Source: an uncultured Candidatus Saccharibacteria bacterium (lineage in GTDB: Bacteria; Patescibacteriota; WWE3; UBA101185; UBA10185). From it: a stretch of 64,000 nt of DNA. This document shows positions 46,870 through 57,873 of this stretch, piece by piece (within the stretch, counting starts at the first letter, position 1; the number at the start of each line of letters is the position of its first letter). The position numbers and the translations under genes were made by a program. Below the pieces are notes generated by a model. It ran no database searches and was not told the DNA's origin. It saw only the letters and a program-made list of their open reading frames with translations. The DNA is taken from positions 127,286-191,285 of the forward strand of contig CAYLVW010000002.1 of NCBI GenBank assembly GCA_964387275.1, given 5' to 3'.

Positions 46870-47295
46870 GTGCCAAAGTTTTTGAAGGCTGCTGGGATGG
46901 CTTTATTTTTACTGATTTGTGGTATCACTTATTCTGAAGGTTTTGAACTGTCTCTTAGTAATCCGGAGTCAGTTAATTTAAACGCTTTGATTATTCTGAA
47001 TATCTTAGTGATATCTCTTATGCTTTTGGGATCTTACGCCTATGGAATCAAAATACGAGTCTTGTTATATGTGATAGCTATTTCCTTTGGCGTGCTTTTT
47101 GGTACTTCTTTTATTGGGCAGTTTTATGGCATGTATGTAAACTCTAATGTAAGGGTTTTGATAATCGAGGGCGGTTATTTGGGGTATTTTTTGGCTATGT
47201 TTAGTACTTTATTGCTATACATTCTTCCTTATTTAGTTGCTGTACTAAGTGTGTTTGCTGTTTACGATAGTACTTATAGGGCTGTTTCTGTTTAA
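46870..47295 (+). CDS. Hypothetical 4-TM protein
   Basis: GTG 46870 after AAGGAG. Confidence 0.7.
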   Translation: MPKFLKAAGMALFLLICGITYSEGFELSLSNPESVNLNALIILNILVISLMLLGSYAYGIKIRVLLYVIAISFGVLFGTSFIGQFYGMYVNSNVRVLIIEGGYLGYFLAMFSTLLLYILPYLVAVLSVFAVYDSTYRAVSV

Positions 47296-48194
47296 AGGTT
47301 TTGGGTCTGTTGCACTTCTGTGTTTTTGTGTGTCAGACCCTTTTTGTTTAGTTTGTATATTACAAAAATAGCAAGACCAATATTTATTACAAATAAGATA
47401 CTTTGGTAGTTTGGGACGTTTGGCTTAAGTATGATAATGAAACTTTCTAGAATATACGGAAGAGTTGTTGTATGGAGAACTATCTTTAAAGTGTCCATGA
47501 ATGAGTAACCAGTCTTAATAACCGAAGAGATTATGAAGACTACCACCGCACTAAACAAAGCATCTAGAAATTTTATAGATATATAAAAAACAAAACTTAT
47601 TCCAAGTACAACGAACAAACCTACAGTAGGTATGATGTAAGTTAATTTTTTTAGATTTTGGATTTTTTCTTCTACTTTATTTTTGTCCAACATAAAATCA
47701 GGAACATTCCTTGTTGGTCTGGTTTGTATTTTTGATGGGTCTTTCACAAGAATATTGGTTGAGTTTATTAGAATCATGGTATTGTACTTTTCCATGTCAT
47801 CAATAGTGCCTTTCTTATCAAACACTATTAAGTTATCAGGGAATTTCGTATTTTGCTCAGTCTCATACGACAGACCAGATTCTTTTATATAATCAGGCGT
47901 TTTTATTATGTAGGGGTCCTCCATGTTTGTTGTGATAACCCCATCCACAGATGTTATTACCAGGCTATCCGGATAAAATTTTGACACTTCCTGTAATGTG
48001 AGGTTAATTTTGTCGGTTATTCTATTTGCATCAAATGCCATGAAAGACCCTGCATATATGAATGCAATAATCATGCTTAATCCAACAAAATATTTATATG
48101 AGAAGCTAAATTTTGTTTCTAATATCTCGCTATAGTAGTCTACTGATACTAAGCTTTTTTTGAACGAATAAAGTAATGCCTTTATGTATTTCAT
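47292..48194 (-). CDS. DUF1189-like membrane protein
   Basis: TM-soluble-3TM topology; FSYKYF and P...I...G motifs. Confidence 0.7.
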   Translation of the reverse strand: MKYIKALLYSFKKSLVSVDYYSEILETKFSFSYKYFVGLSMIIAFIYAGSFMAFDANRITDKINLTLQEVSKFYPDSLVITSVDGVITTNMEDPYIIKTPDYIKESGLSYETEQNTKFPDNLIVFDKKGTIDDMEKYNTMILINSTNILVKDPSKIQTRPTRNVPDFMLDKNKVEEKIQNLKKLTYIIPTVGLFVVLGISFVFYISIKFLDALFSAVVVFIISSVIKTGYSFMDTLKIVLHTTTLPYILESFIIILKPNVPNYQSILFVINIGLAIFVIYKLNKKGLTHKNTEVQQTQNL

Positions 48195-48384
48195 ATATGG
48201 TATGAGAGTCCATGTGCTATAAGGCACATATCTTCTCCAATTTCTTTGCAGTGGTATCTAAGCTTACCTCCAAAATTGTATAACTGCCTGTTTAACTTTA
48301 TTATATCCTATAAACTGTAGGGCGCAGGCAATAGGTTGATTGTAACATGTCTGATATAATTTTTTTGTTGATGTTAAGGATTTT

Positions 48385-51300
48385 ATGCTGAACTTTCGTT
48401 TGAAGTTCATACCACTCGCTGTGTTTATAATAACGGCTTTTTCAGTCGTGTTTCCCCGTGTAACTTTCGCTGCTTACGATGTTGCATGCGTTGCTGAAGG
48501 GGTTGCTGACTATATGGATGGAGTTCTAAGTCGTGCCACTCCTGGTAAGTTTAAAAACATTAGGTTTTTGACTCCAGCATTTAATATGACAGAGCCTCAG
48601 TTTGAAGAATTAGTCAGCGAGATTTCTGCTCTGTCCGGCACTTTTGCCAGATCAGATGTGGTAGTTAGTGGTAATGCTTACAATGTGGATGGGGCAAGTG
48701 TAGTTGATTGGATGGAAAGGGTACGTTCTACAGAAATTGCTAATAGGCCTGTTATCCTTACTGAGACCGGTTGGTATCCGCATGCAGCAGGCCAGGGTTA
48801 CACAAATGAGCGCGGTGAATCCTTACGTGATGCTTTGAACCAGGCTCGTAGCTCTCAAGGCCCTCTCGTTGGTGCTTTAATTTTTAACGGCTTTGGTACA
48901 AATCCTGATATTAATTTTGCAGGTCAGGTAATGAGTAATGAACAATTCAATGTTGTTTGTAACAGCGGAGCATGTGGTTTTATTGGCGTAAATTCTGCTG
49001 CAGGATTATTTGATAATTCTAATAATGATAGAGCTGCCGGCCTTGGAATGAAGATGACACTGGGGATTATAAATAATGATCCATCAGGGGTTGCCAGTGG
49101 TTCTAATAACGCATTAGCTAAAGGTATTACCCCAGTTCTTAGAATCGGTGTTGGAGATTCTAGCGGTGGTTTCGACACACCAGCAGCTCTATATAGTTTT
49201 ATGGAAGGATTGGACCCATTGTTAACCGGTGTTGTTTACATCATAGTAGGTCCTAACGAGCCTAATGCAGAGGGTTGGGCTGATCCTGACGGCCCTGGTA
49301 CTTGTGACAGGGACCAGCCAGATACCGGAGGCACTGCCGGATTTGTAACTGTAAGAGGAATGTTAAGAGCCATGAAAGGAACCCGAACTTTAAATGACGG
49401 TACTACCGCTCCTGTGACAAATCTTGGTGTTAAGAATGCGGCAATAAAAATTTATGAAGGTGTTCCTGATAGTCAAACTGGGAAGAGAAGGGGGGATTTA
49501 GTGAATCCTCCTGATGTTGCGACTTCCGGGGTAATCAATTTGACCCGAACTGATGAAGACGGATTTTTTGAGATACAAATGAGGCGTGGAAGTGGTAGAA
49601 ATAGAATGAATTACTTAGTAGTTTTTTGTCAAAATACAGGCACCCCTTCAGATAATATAACTACAATTTATGCATTAGATTCTACAAAAAATCTCGACGG
49701 ACTTATGCTTTATGAAGATTGTCCTCAGGATGTAACTACCCCAGATCCTCCCGATGAACTTCCTTACGTGTCACAAACAGATTTCTTATCTTGTGATCTC
49801 CCTAGTGTCGGAGATGAATTGTACAATTTATACAAAGGCTTTAACCAAGTTGCAAAAGGTTTGAGAACTTTTATTAATCTTGACGGTGTTACTGATGGTT
49901 GGTGGGTTGGTAAGGATTTGGATACTGTTCCAAATCCAAATGATGGTGTTCGTCAAGATGAAGAACTTACGCATGCCGAGATTGATGGGAGATATAACAC
50001 AAATCAATTTGCTTTTGATGTGAACTCCATATATGGGGCGTTAACATGTTTGACTGTGGGTTGTTTAGATGGTGATCAAGTGTTGAAAAGAGGTAATGGT
50101 GGTGTATTGCCATCATGTGATGTTTACAGAACTGGAAACGAAGCTTTAAACGCAAGGAATATGTATGGATTTGCAGAAAGTTTAGCTTCTCCAAGTTTTG
50201 GTATTCAAAGTGACGATGTAAAAAGATACATTTCTGTACGTCTTGACGGTACTTTAAGAAATAGAGAGATTTGTAATATTGATGGCCATAATTATACTTT
50301 TAGAGAATTTGCTATACCAACACAGTGGAATCAGGATGAAATTGCAGCTGCTATAGGAGATCATGTGTGTAGTGAGGGTGAACTTTTTTGTTTACCAGAA
50401 GAATACTTCCCTTGGAATAAATTAATCAATTTTTATAACGAATCTTTAGAGGCAGATACCAGGACAACAACCGAGAGGGATTCCTTTAACTCAGTTGAAA
50501 GGGATCGCGTTTTTGATGAAGCTAACAAGGGTTTGGCTCTAAGCTGTGACGGTCCTACTACGGATGAGGGTGCTTGTGCTACACCACCAAAAGCTTTTGC
50601 AGGCAGGGATGCTGTAGTATTACCAAAAGGCAATTTAACTTCCCCAATTGCGGCTGCAAATTCTGTTACCAGAGGAGCAAAAACTCCCGGAGTTGCTTCT
50701 CCCCTGGAGCTTATTTATGACCCAAAAACTGATGAAGATGAACAAAGCCTGGCAGAGGGAAAAATTACAAAGAAATTTACTACAGTTAGCTCTAGCAGTA
50801 GGGGTATCCTACGAATTGGTAAACCAAAATCTCTTTGTATTTGTCCTTGGCCCCTTAGAATCTTGGATTTATGCGGTAGTGCTACAAACGATCAACTTAT
50901 GAACTTTTTTGATACTAGTGTTACAGGGTATCTAGACACTTCTGCAAATTCATTAAGAACCTTTTTATACGGTGCTGGCTATTCTTATGTAACTAAGAAT
51001 ACCCTTGTCTCCGTAGGTACCGACAGTTTGGGTCAGTTTTTTGGTTACAACGTAGATATACTTACCGCAATTGTGCAGCAGATTTACGACAATATAATTG
51101 CACCATGGTTTGTGGGTTCTGACAGGGTGCCTTATCAGTATGGGGCTCAGTGTCAGGGTCAGTGGGTAGCAGCTTCCGAAGAGCAGGCAGCTGCATGCGC
51201 CCCTAATTGGCCTGATGACCCTGCTTGTATAACTCAAAATGGCTGCGGTGGTTGTAAATGTGTTGGTTCAAGTGCTACAACTTGCTCACAGTGGCAAGTA

Positions 51301-52431
51301 CTCGTAGATGATTATACTTGTTCGCCCTCTGTAGATGTACCACCAATTGACCCAGAGGTCTCTACCTCCATTCCACTTAGAAATCTAACTAATGCAGCGG
51401 GTAATTTTATGGCTGCCTTTAGAGGTCCTATAGATCCAAACCCAAGAATCCGAGATGCTGCTGCGGTTGGCACTGAAGCTACTGGTGTTACTACTACTAA
51501 TCAGGCGAAGGGTAACGATTTAAGTCTGGGGGAAAGTATTGTTGATTATTGGGATCAGTTGTCTCAATCTGTTTCTGATCCTAATTTTTCAAATAAGTTA
51601 TTTACATGGCGTAAGGTAATCAGAAATAGAGCGGCGCCTATAGCAATGCCTACAATAGAAGATACCATGTGTCAATTTGGTACCAACGATTCCTACAGAA
51701 GTATTCCAAACCTTCCAGATAATCTTATTGAGGTGTTAGAGGTAGCCGGAGATGCCTATCATGTACCTGCTCCACTTATACTCTCGTATATGTATGCAGA
51801 GGGTAGTTTTAACCCCACCTCCTCCAATCCCTTAAATGGCATGTGGACTGAGGATAATGTAGATTCTTGGATCAACGAAGGCATGGAAGAGATAAACGGT
51901 GGGGAGTACTGTGATCCTAATTCGGCTTCTCCGAATAATCCCTACAACCTAATCAGATCCAACTGGGATGCAGGATTAGGAAATGCTGTTTTGATAGACT
52001 TTCCAAATAGATCCCCTAACATATGTAATTTCTTAGATCAGACATATGCTGTCGCTCAGCTTATTTCCCGGATGAGTTATGTGGTCACAGAAGATCCTAT
52101 TTGTTTTGGGATTAATCTTGGTGAAGGGCTTCCTTGGCCAACTTCTTGCTCTGATTGGACAAAACAAAGACTAGTTATCGCTGCTAAAGATTACACAGCC
52201 TATGGTTATTGTTATGATAATATCGAGAGTGGATTTAGAGGTTCCGGGTGGAAAGAAGGGGACAGGCAAACCTTTGATCAGTGTTTCCCAAATACTAACA
52301 GTTGCAGGACAGTGTCTCTAAATGACCCCAATATACCAGATGCTAGTTACATTTTTAATGTTATAGATGTGTTTTGGCACTATACTCTCCCATCAATGCG
52401 TAACAGGATTTTAGGTTATACGTACCCATAG
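48385..52431 (+). CDS. Large secreted multidomain protein: GH-A-like barrel, beta-sandwich, Cys-rich region, lytic-transglycosylase-like C-terminus
   Basis: Signal peptide; VILTETGW; GPNEPN; TRTDEDGFF; VPAPLILSYMYAEGSFNP. Confidence 0.8.
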   Translation: MLNFRLKFIPLAVFIITAFSVVFPRVTFAAYDVACVAEGVADYMDGVLSRATPGKFKNIRFLTPAFNMTEPQFEELVSEISALSGTFARSDVVVSGNAYNVDGASVVDWMERVRSTEIANRPVILTETGWYPHAAGQGYTNERGESLRDALNQARSSQGPLVGALIFNGFGTNPDINFAGQVMSNEQFNVVCNSGACGFIGVNSAAGLFDNSNNDRAAGLGMKMTLGIINNDPSGVASGSNNALAKGITPVLRIGVGDSSGGFDTPAALYSFMEGLDPLLTGVVYIIVGPNEPNAEGWADPDGPGTCDRDQPDTGGTAGFVTVRGMLRAMKGTRTLNDGTTAPVTNLGVKNAAIKIYEGVPDSQTGKRRGDLVNPPDVATSGVINLTRTDEDGFFEIQMRRGSGRNRMNYLVVFCQNTGTPSDNITTIYALDSTKNLDGLMLYEDCPQDVTTPDPPDELPYVSQTDFLSCDLPSVGDELYNLYKGFNQVAKGLRTFINLDGVTDGWWVGKDLDTVPNPNDGVRQDEELTHAEIDGRYNTNQFAFDVNSIYGALTCLTVGCLDGDQVLKRGNGGVLPSCDVYRTGNEALNARNMYGFAESLASPSFGIQSDDVKRYISVRLDGTLRNREICNIDGHNYTFREFAIPTQWNQDEIAAAIGDHVCSEGELFCLPEEYFPWNKLINFYNESLEADTRTTTERDSFNSVERDRVFDEANKGLALSCDGPTTDEGACATPPKAFAGRDAVVLPKGNLTSPIAAANSVTRGAKTPGVASPLELIYDPKTDEDEQSLAEGKITKKFTTVSSSSRGILRIGKPKSLCICPWPLRILDLCGSATNDQLMNFFDTSVTGYLDTSANSLRTFLYGAGYSYVTKNTLVSVGTDSLGQFFGYNVDILTAIVQQIYDNIIAPWFVGSDRVPYQYGAQCQGQWVAASEEQAAACAPNWPDDPACITQNGCGGCKCVGSSATTCSQWQVLVDDYTCSPSVDVPPIDPEVSTSIPLRNLTNAAGNFMAAFRGPIDPNPRIRDAAAVGTEATGVTTTNQAKGNDLSLGESIVDYWDQLSQSVSDPNFSNKLFTWRKVIRNRAAPIAMPTIEDTMCQFGTNDSYRSIPNLPDNLIEVLEVAGDAYHVPAPLILSYMYAEGSFNPTSSNPLNGMWTEDNVDSWINEGMEEINGGEYCDPNSASPNNPYNLIRSNWDAGLGNAVLIDFPNRSPNICNFLDQTYAVAQLISRMSYVVTEDPICFGINLGEGLPWPTSCSDWTKQRLVIAAKDYTAYGYCYDNIESGFRGSGWKEGDRQTFDQCFPNTNSCRTVSLNDPNIPDASYIFNVIDVFWHYTLPSMRNRILGYTYP

Positions 52432-52438
52432 TTACTTT

Positions 52439-52474
52439 TTGACAACTAATAACATATAGATTATGATCTATATG
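52439..52474 (+). promoter_or_regulatory. suf operon promoter with an overlapping 9-4-9 operator palindrome
   Basis: TTGACA-17-TATGAT; CATATAGAT-tatg-ATCTATATG (52453-52474). Confidence 0.75.
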
Positions 52475-52806
52475 TGATTGATGGAAGATCCAAACATTTA
52501 GATAAATTTGTGTGCACTCATTGCTTTAGAGCACTTGGTGTGCCTACAAAGCTCGAGCTTTATACTTTTATTAAAGAACAAGGTAGGGTTAATGTAAAAA
52601 CTTTAGTTGAGTTTATTCACCTTACACAGCCCACTGTTTCCCACCATCTTCACGAGCTAGAAAACAGCGGACTTCTTAAAAGTGAGAAGGTCGGTAAAGA
52701 GGTATTTTTTCAAGTTACTGGTACTTGCAAAGTGCATAATTCTACATGCATTTTAAATGATATTAAAATTCCAATGAAGGATTCCACGGATGTTAAAAAT
52801 AGCTAA
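52474..52806 (+). CDS. ArsR/SmtB-family regulator
   Basis: FRALG.PT, LTQPTVSHHL..L...GL; CTHC and CxxHxxxC. Confidence 0.9.
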   Translation: MIDGRSKHLDKFVCTHCFRALGVPTKLELYTFIKEQGRVNVKTLVEFIHLTQPTVSHHLHELENSGLLKSEKVGKEVFFQVTGTCKVHNSTCILNDIKIPMKDSTDVKNS

Positions 52807-53512
52807 TCTTAAAGTATCTATTCCAGAAAAAGAAATTTTAAAGGGTGTTAATCTGACCGTTGGCGAAGGTAAGACCGTAGTGTTGATGGGGCAAAATGGA
52901 TCTGGTAAGAGCACTCTTGCCCAAACAATAATGGGCCACCCTTCTTACGAAATTACTCAAGGTACAATTACTTTTAATAACACTGTGCTAAATGATCTAG
53001 AGCCTGATGAAAAATCTAAACAAGGAATATTTTTGTCATTCCAGTATCCAAGTGAGGTTCCAGGTGTGACAATTTCAAGTTACTTGAGACTAATTTATAA
53101 TAAATCCCACAATACCAAACTATCTCCTGCACAGTTTAGAAAAATCCTAAGTGAAAAAATGGCTTTTTTGGAAATGAACGATGATTTTGCAACAAGATAT
53201 TTAAATGAAGGTTTTTCTGGGGGAGAGAAAAAAAGAATGGAAATGTTACAGCTACTTATACTTGAGCCTAAACTTGCAGTTTTGGATGAGGTCGATAGCG
53301 GGCTTGATGTAGACGCTTTAAAAGTAGTTTCTAAATCTGTGAACTTTTTAAAAGAATCTACAAACATGTCTGTGTTAATAATTACTCACTACACCAGAAT
53401 TCTAAAACACATTGAAGCAGATGAAGTCCACATAATGAAAGAGGGTAGGATCATTAAATCTGGAGACAAAAATTTAGCTCATGAACTTGAGGAAAAGGGC
53501 TATATTTATTAA
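52790..53512 (+). CDS. sufC: Fe-S assembly ATPase
   Basis: [36 protein letters not shown]. Confidence 0.96.
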   Translation: MLKIANLKVSIPEKEILKGVNLTVGEGKTVVLMGQNGSGKSTLAQTIMGHPSYEITQGTITFNNTVLNDLEPDEKSKQGIFLSFQYPSEVPGVTISSYLRLIYNKSHNTKLSPAQFRKILSEKMAFLEMNDDFATRYLNEGFSGGEKKRMEMLQLLILEPKLAVLDEVDSGLDVDALKVVSKSVNFLKESTNMSVLIITHYTRILKHIEADEVHIMKEGRIIKSGDKNLAHELEEKGYIY

Positions 53513-53520
53513 CTAATATT

Positions 53521-54972
53521 ATGGGTAAGAAGTTAGATGATTTAAAAAAGCGCCCTGTAGTTGCCTCAAAATCTAAGCAGATTTCTGTTAATTCCAATTA
53601 TGAAGAGAAGTATGGTTTCCACATGCCTGAGAACTTTGTCTTTAAATCTAGAAAAGGCATTGATGAAGAAATTGTTAAGGAGATCTCCTTCCACAAAAAT
53701 GAACCTGAATGGATGACTCAGTTTAGACTTAACGCTTACGAAATTTTTAAGAAAAAACCAACTCCTGAGTGGGGAGGTAATTTAAAAGATATCAAATATG
53801 AAGAAATTTACTATTATTTGAAACCCACTGAAACAGAAGAACGAAAATGGGAGGATGTGCCAAAGGAAATGAAGGAAACTTTTGATAGACTAGGAGTTCC
53901 AGCCGCAGAAAAAGAGTACTTAGCTGGGGTAAAAGCTCAGTATGATTCAGAAGTTATATACGGATCTTTACGAAGTGAGCTTGAAGAAGAAGGCGTGATA
54001 TTTTTAGGAACAGATGAAGCTTTGAAAAAATATCCACATTTTTTTGAGGAGTATTTTGGTAAAGTTATTCCCCCACATGACAATAAATTCGCCGCATTAA
54101 ATAGTGCTGTCTGGTCTGGAGGCTCTTTTGTATACATACCAAAAGGAGTCCATGTCAAAAGACCCTTACAGGCATACTTTAGAATTAACGCCAAAAACAT
54201 GGGTCAGTTTGAAAGAACATTAATTATTGCTGACGAGGGTAGTTATGCTCACTACGTTGAGGGGTGTACCGCACCCGTATATTCTTCGAACTCATTGCAC
54301 TCGGCAGTTGTGGAGGTTATCGTTATGCCTGGGGCAAGGTTTAGATATACTACTATCCAAAATTGGTCCCCGAATGTCTATAACCTGGTAACTAAACGAG
54401 CCCGAGTTGATAAAAACGCCGTTATGGAGTGGGTTGATGGAAATCTTGGATCAAAACTTACTATGAAGTACCCAAGTTGTTACCTGGTTGGGGAAGGTGC
54501 AAGAGGCGAGGTTTTATCTATAGCTTATGGTGGGAAAAACCAGCATCAAGATGCTGGCGCTAAAATGGTCCATATAGCTCCAAACACATCAAGCATTATC
54601 ATTTCAAAATCTGTAAGCGCAAACTCCGGAAGAACCAGTTACAGAGGTTTAGTTGAAGTGTCTCCTTCTGCCCACGGTGTTAAATCTAGAGTTGAATGTG
54701 ATGCATTGATTTTGGATTCAGAATCAAGGTCAGACACCTACCCTGTTATGAAAATTAATAATTCTACTGCAAATATTGAACATGAAGCAACAGTCAGTAA
54801 GATAGGTGAGGAGAAGTTATTTTATCTTATGAGTAGAGGATTAACTGAAGCTGAGGCGATGGGCCTAATTGTCTCTGGTTTTATAGAACCTATTGTAAAA
54901 GAACTCCCTCTTGAATATGCAGTCGAACTAAATAGGTTGATTGAATTAGAAATGGAAGGGTCTGTAGGATAA
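53521..54972 (+). CDS. sufB: Fe-S assembly scaffold
   Basis: [47 protein letters not shown]. Confidence 0.97.
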   Translation: MGKKLDDLKKRPVVASKSKQISVNSNYEEKYGFHMPENFVFKSRKGIDEEIVKEISFHKNEPEWMTQFRLNAYEIFKKKPTPEWGGNLKDIKYEEIYYYLKPTETEERKWEDVPKEMKETFDRLGVPAAEKEYLAGVKAQYDSEVIYGSLRSELEEEGVIFLGTDEALKKYPHFFEEYFGKVIPPHDNKFAALNSAVWSGGSFVYIPKGVHVKRPLQAYFRINAKNMGQFERTLIIADEGSYAHYVEGCTAPVYSSNSLHSAVVEVIVMPGARFRYTTIQNWSPNVYNLVTKRARVDKNAVMEWVDGNLGSKLTMKYPSCYLVGEGARGEVLSIAYGGKNQHQDAGAKMVHIAPNTSSIIISKSVSANSGRTSYRGLVEVSPSAHGVKSRVECDALILDSESRSDTYPVMKINNSTANIEHEATVSKIGEEKLFYLMSRGLTEAEAMGLIVSGFIEPIVKELPLEYAVELNRLIELEMEGSVG

Positions 54973-55562
54973 TGAAGTCTTTATTAATAAATTCTAATGA
55001 AAAACCCCACGTTAGTATTAGTGTTGTGGAAGATACGCAATATATTATTAGCCCTACTTCATTAAATCTTAATTTGGAACTAATTTTTGAAAAGAGTGAC
55101 ATTTCTGCGGAGATAATTTTTTTAGGAAAGCTTGGAGGTTCTGAAGAAAACTCCATAGTTACAACAACTGATCATCGTGTTCCAAGAACCTCATGTAATA
55201 CATTTGTTAAGAATGTTTTAATGGATTCTTCAAAATCAAAGTATGTAGGAAAGATTTTAATTAAAAAATTAGCACAACAAACAACTTCTTTTTTGCAAAC
55301 TAACACCTTAGTTATTGGTGATAAGACTTCAAACAACTCCCAGCCTATTTTAGAAATAGAGGCTGATGATGTTAAAGCGTCTCATGGATCTACCACAGGT
55401 AGGGTAGACTCTTCTATGGTTTATTATCTGCAAAGCAGGGGCTTTTCAAAGCAAGAAGCAGAAAGTCTTATAGTTGAAGGTTATTTTGCAGAAACTCTAA
55501 ATAAGATTTATGATCCAACTATAAGAAAAGAGGTAGCAGAAACCCTTGGTATTATTTTATGA
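54972..55562 (+). CDS. sufD: Fe-S assembly protein (short form)
   Basis: P.LEIEADDVKASHG.T.G, YYLQSRG. Confidence 0.9.
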   Translation: MKSLLINSNEKPHVSISVVEDTQYIISPTSLNLNLELIFEKSDISAEIIFLGKLGGSEENSIVTTTDHRVPRTSCNTFVKNVLMDSSKSKYVGKILIKKLAQQTTSFLQTNTLVIGDKTSNNSQPILEIEADDVKASHGSTTGRVDSSMVYYLQSRGFSKQEAESLIVEGYFAETLNKIYDPTIRKEVAETLGIIL

Positions 55563-56794
55563 GCAAGATTTTAAATCCAGAAAAAATTAAAAAAGACTTT
55601 CCTATACTTGAAAGAGTCATTAATGGAAACAAGTTGGTTTACCTAGATAATGGGGCAACCACACAAAAACCAAAACAGGTAGTTGAGGCTATTTCTGAGT
55701 ATTATTTAAATCACAACGCAAATGTTAACAGAGGAGTGCATACATTAAGTGATGAATCCACAGAGCTTTATGAAACGGCTCGTCAAAAAGTAGCAACTTT
55801 TATTGGTGCTAGAAAGACCACTGAAATCATAGTTACAAAAAATTCCACTGAGGCTCTTAATTTGGTAGCTGGGGGATGGGGATTGAGGAACCTAAATAGA
55901 GGGGACATAATTTTGATCTCGTCTCACGAGCACAATAGTAATATTTTACCCTGGAATGAGGTGGCTAAAACTACAGGTGCTGTAGTTGAAACATTTGATA
56001 TAGATGAAGATGATTTTCAAACCCTCTCGCAACTTCGAGCGCGTTTATCAAAAAAAGACGTTAAGGTGTTTGTTTTTTCGCATGCATCTAATGTTTTGGG
56101 CAATATCTCTCCAGTTAAAGAAATTTGCACTATAGCTAAAGAAAACGACGTAGTCTCAGTAGTAGATGGTTCTCAAGCAGTTCCTCACCTCCCGATTAAT
56201 GTAATATCGCTTGGGTGCGATTTTTATGCATTTTCTTCACATAAAATGCTTGGGCCGATGGGTGTCGGAATTTTGTATGGCAGGGAGAGGCTTTTAGAAG
56301 TAATGTCACCTATAAACTTTGGTGGTGGTATGGTATTAAATTTTGATTTGGAAAATCCCACTTGGCAAAAAGTTCCGGAGAGGTTTGAAGCAGGTACCCC
56401 CGATGTTGCCGGACTGGTGGGGTTAGGTGTTGCCATTGATTATTTATCTAAGCTTGGGATGGATGTTATACGGTCTCATGAAATAAAGTTATCTACGTAC
56501 CTTATTGAAAAATTAAGCCGTATCAAAAATTTACACATTTTAGGTACATTAGACCCGGAAAAAAGATGCGGGTTAGTATCATTTCATATTGATGGAATAC
56601 ATTCCCATGATATAGCTGCTGTTATGAATGCTAACGGAGTGGCTGTAAGATCCGGAATGCATTGCGCTATGTATTTACACAAAAAACTAAGCATACCTGC
56701 TTCAACCAGAATTAGTTATTACCTATATAATTCCAAAGAAGACTTAGACAAGGCTTTAGTATCTTTGGAGAAGTGTATAAAAATTTTAGGATAA
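55559..56794 (+). CDS. sufS: Cysteine desulfurase
   Basis: YLDNGATTQKP, SSHKMLGP, FEAGTP, RSGMHCA. Confidence 0.96.
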   Translation: MSKILNPEKIKKDFPILERVINGNKLVYLDNGATTQKPKQVVEAISEYYLNHNANVNRGVHTLSDESTELYETARQKVATFIGARKTTEIIVTKNSTEALNLVAGGWGLRNLNRGDIILISSHEHNSNILPWNEVAKTTGAVVETFDIDEDDFQTLSQLRARLSKKDVKVFVFSHASNVLGNISPVKEICTIAKENDVVSVVDGSQAVPHLPINVISLGCDFYAFSSHKMLGPMGVGILYGRERLLEVMSPINFGGGMVLNFDLENPTWQKVPERFEAGTPDVAGLVGLGVAIDYLSKLGMDVIRSHEIKLSTYLIEKLSRIKNLHILGTLDPEKRCGLVSFHIDGIHSHDIAAVMNANGVAVRSGMHCAMYLHKKLSIPASTRISYYLYNSKEDLDKALVSLEKCIKILG

Positions 56795-56797
56795 TTT

Positions 56798-57184
56798 ATG
56801 TCAGTTGATTTTTACAGAGAAGAGATAATGGACCACTTTAAGCATCCTAACAATCGTGGAAGATTGCAAAATCCAACAGTGCACGTTAAGGAAACTAATC
56901 CAATGTGCGGAGATGAGATAGATCTGGATCTTGTTATAAATGATGGTCTAATTCAGCAGGTTGGTTTTGAAGGTCAGGCTTGCTCTGTTTCCGTTGTTTC
57001 ATCCTCATTTCTAACAGAGTATATAAAAGATAAGCCTATTTCTGAGCTAAAGAAATTAACTAAAGAAGATTTACTGACCATGATGGATTTAAATTTGTCT
57101 ACAAGTAGGATTAAATGCGCAACATTAATTCTTGAGGCATTATATAATGCTATTAATAAGTATGAAGAAGCAAACAAACACTAA
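56798..57184 (+). CDS. sufU: SufU/IscU-like sulfur-transfer protein
   Basis: DHFKHPNN.G, NPMCGD, ACSVS, RIKCA. Confidence 0.9.
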   Translation: MSVDFYREEIMDHFKHPNNRGRLQNPTVHVKETNPMCGDEIDLDLVINDGLIQQVGFEGQACSVSVVSSSFLTEYIKDKPISELKKLTKEDLLTMMDLNLSTSRIKCATLILEALYNAINKYEEANKH

Positions 57185-57413
57185 AAACTTAAAAGAAACA
57201 CCAAAGATAGCTAAGGATATGAACTTAGCTAAGGTTATAGATCTCTATCCTGATACAGCCGAGGTATTGTTGGATTATGGATTACACTGTGTTGGATGTT
57301 TTGCAAATACCTTTGATACAATAGAGATGGGCGCAAAGATACATGGTATGTCTGATTCTGAGATTGCTGAAATGGTAGATCGCCTCAACGAAGTAGTTTT
57401 ATATAATGAGTAG
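57162..57413 (+). CDS. DUF1858-family protein
   Basis: YP....VL..YGLHCVGC......TIE.GA..HG. Confidence 0.85.
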   Translation: MKKQTNTKNLKETPKIAKDMNLAKVIDLYPDTAEVLLDYGLHCVGCFANTFDTIEMGAKIHGMSDSEIAEMVDRLNEVVLYNE

Positions 57414-57449
57414 TTGAATCTTTTAACAAATTCTATAAGAAAGGATCAT

Positions 57450-57803
57450 ATGAAATATCAAATTCAGTCCGACAATATGGAATTAACTCCAAGTATGTCA
57501 GAACTAGCTAAGTCCAAGTTAGAAAAACTTTCCAAGCACTTTCAAACTGCTGGAGATAGTTCATACGTAAGAGTTGTTATGAATTCTGCACCGGTTGATT
57601 CTTTTGAAGTAAAGATAAACATCGAGATAAATGGTAAAACTTTTTTTGGTGACGATACAAATTACTCCCTAGAATCGGCACTTATAAATGCGGTAGATGA
57701 ACTGGGCAGGCAATTAGATAAGAGTAAGGACTTAGAAGAATCTGAGTGGAAAGACAAAAGAGAGGCTAAGAGATCTCTTGATGTGCTTGAAGAGTTGGAG
57801 TAG
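57450..57803 (+). CDS. hpf: Ribosome hibernation factor (HPF/RaiA, short form)
   Basis: NMELTPS...KLEKL...ALINAVDELGRQL.K.K. Confidence 0.8.
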   Translation: MKYQIQSDNMELTPSMSELAKSKLEKLSKHFQTAGDSSYVRVVMNSAPVDSFEVKINIEINGKTFFGDDTNYSLESALINAVDELGRQLDKSKDLEESEWKDKREAKRSLDVLEELE

Positions 57804-57873
57804 GAAAGATATTGCTAGAAAACTCATAATACTGATAGAATCACCGGCGTGTGGTAAAATCTCACTACGATTT

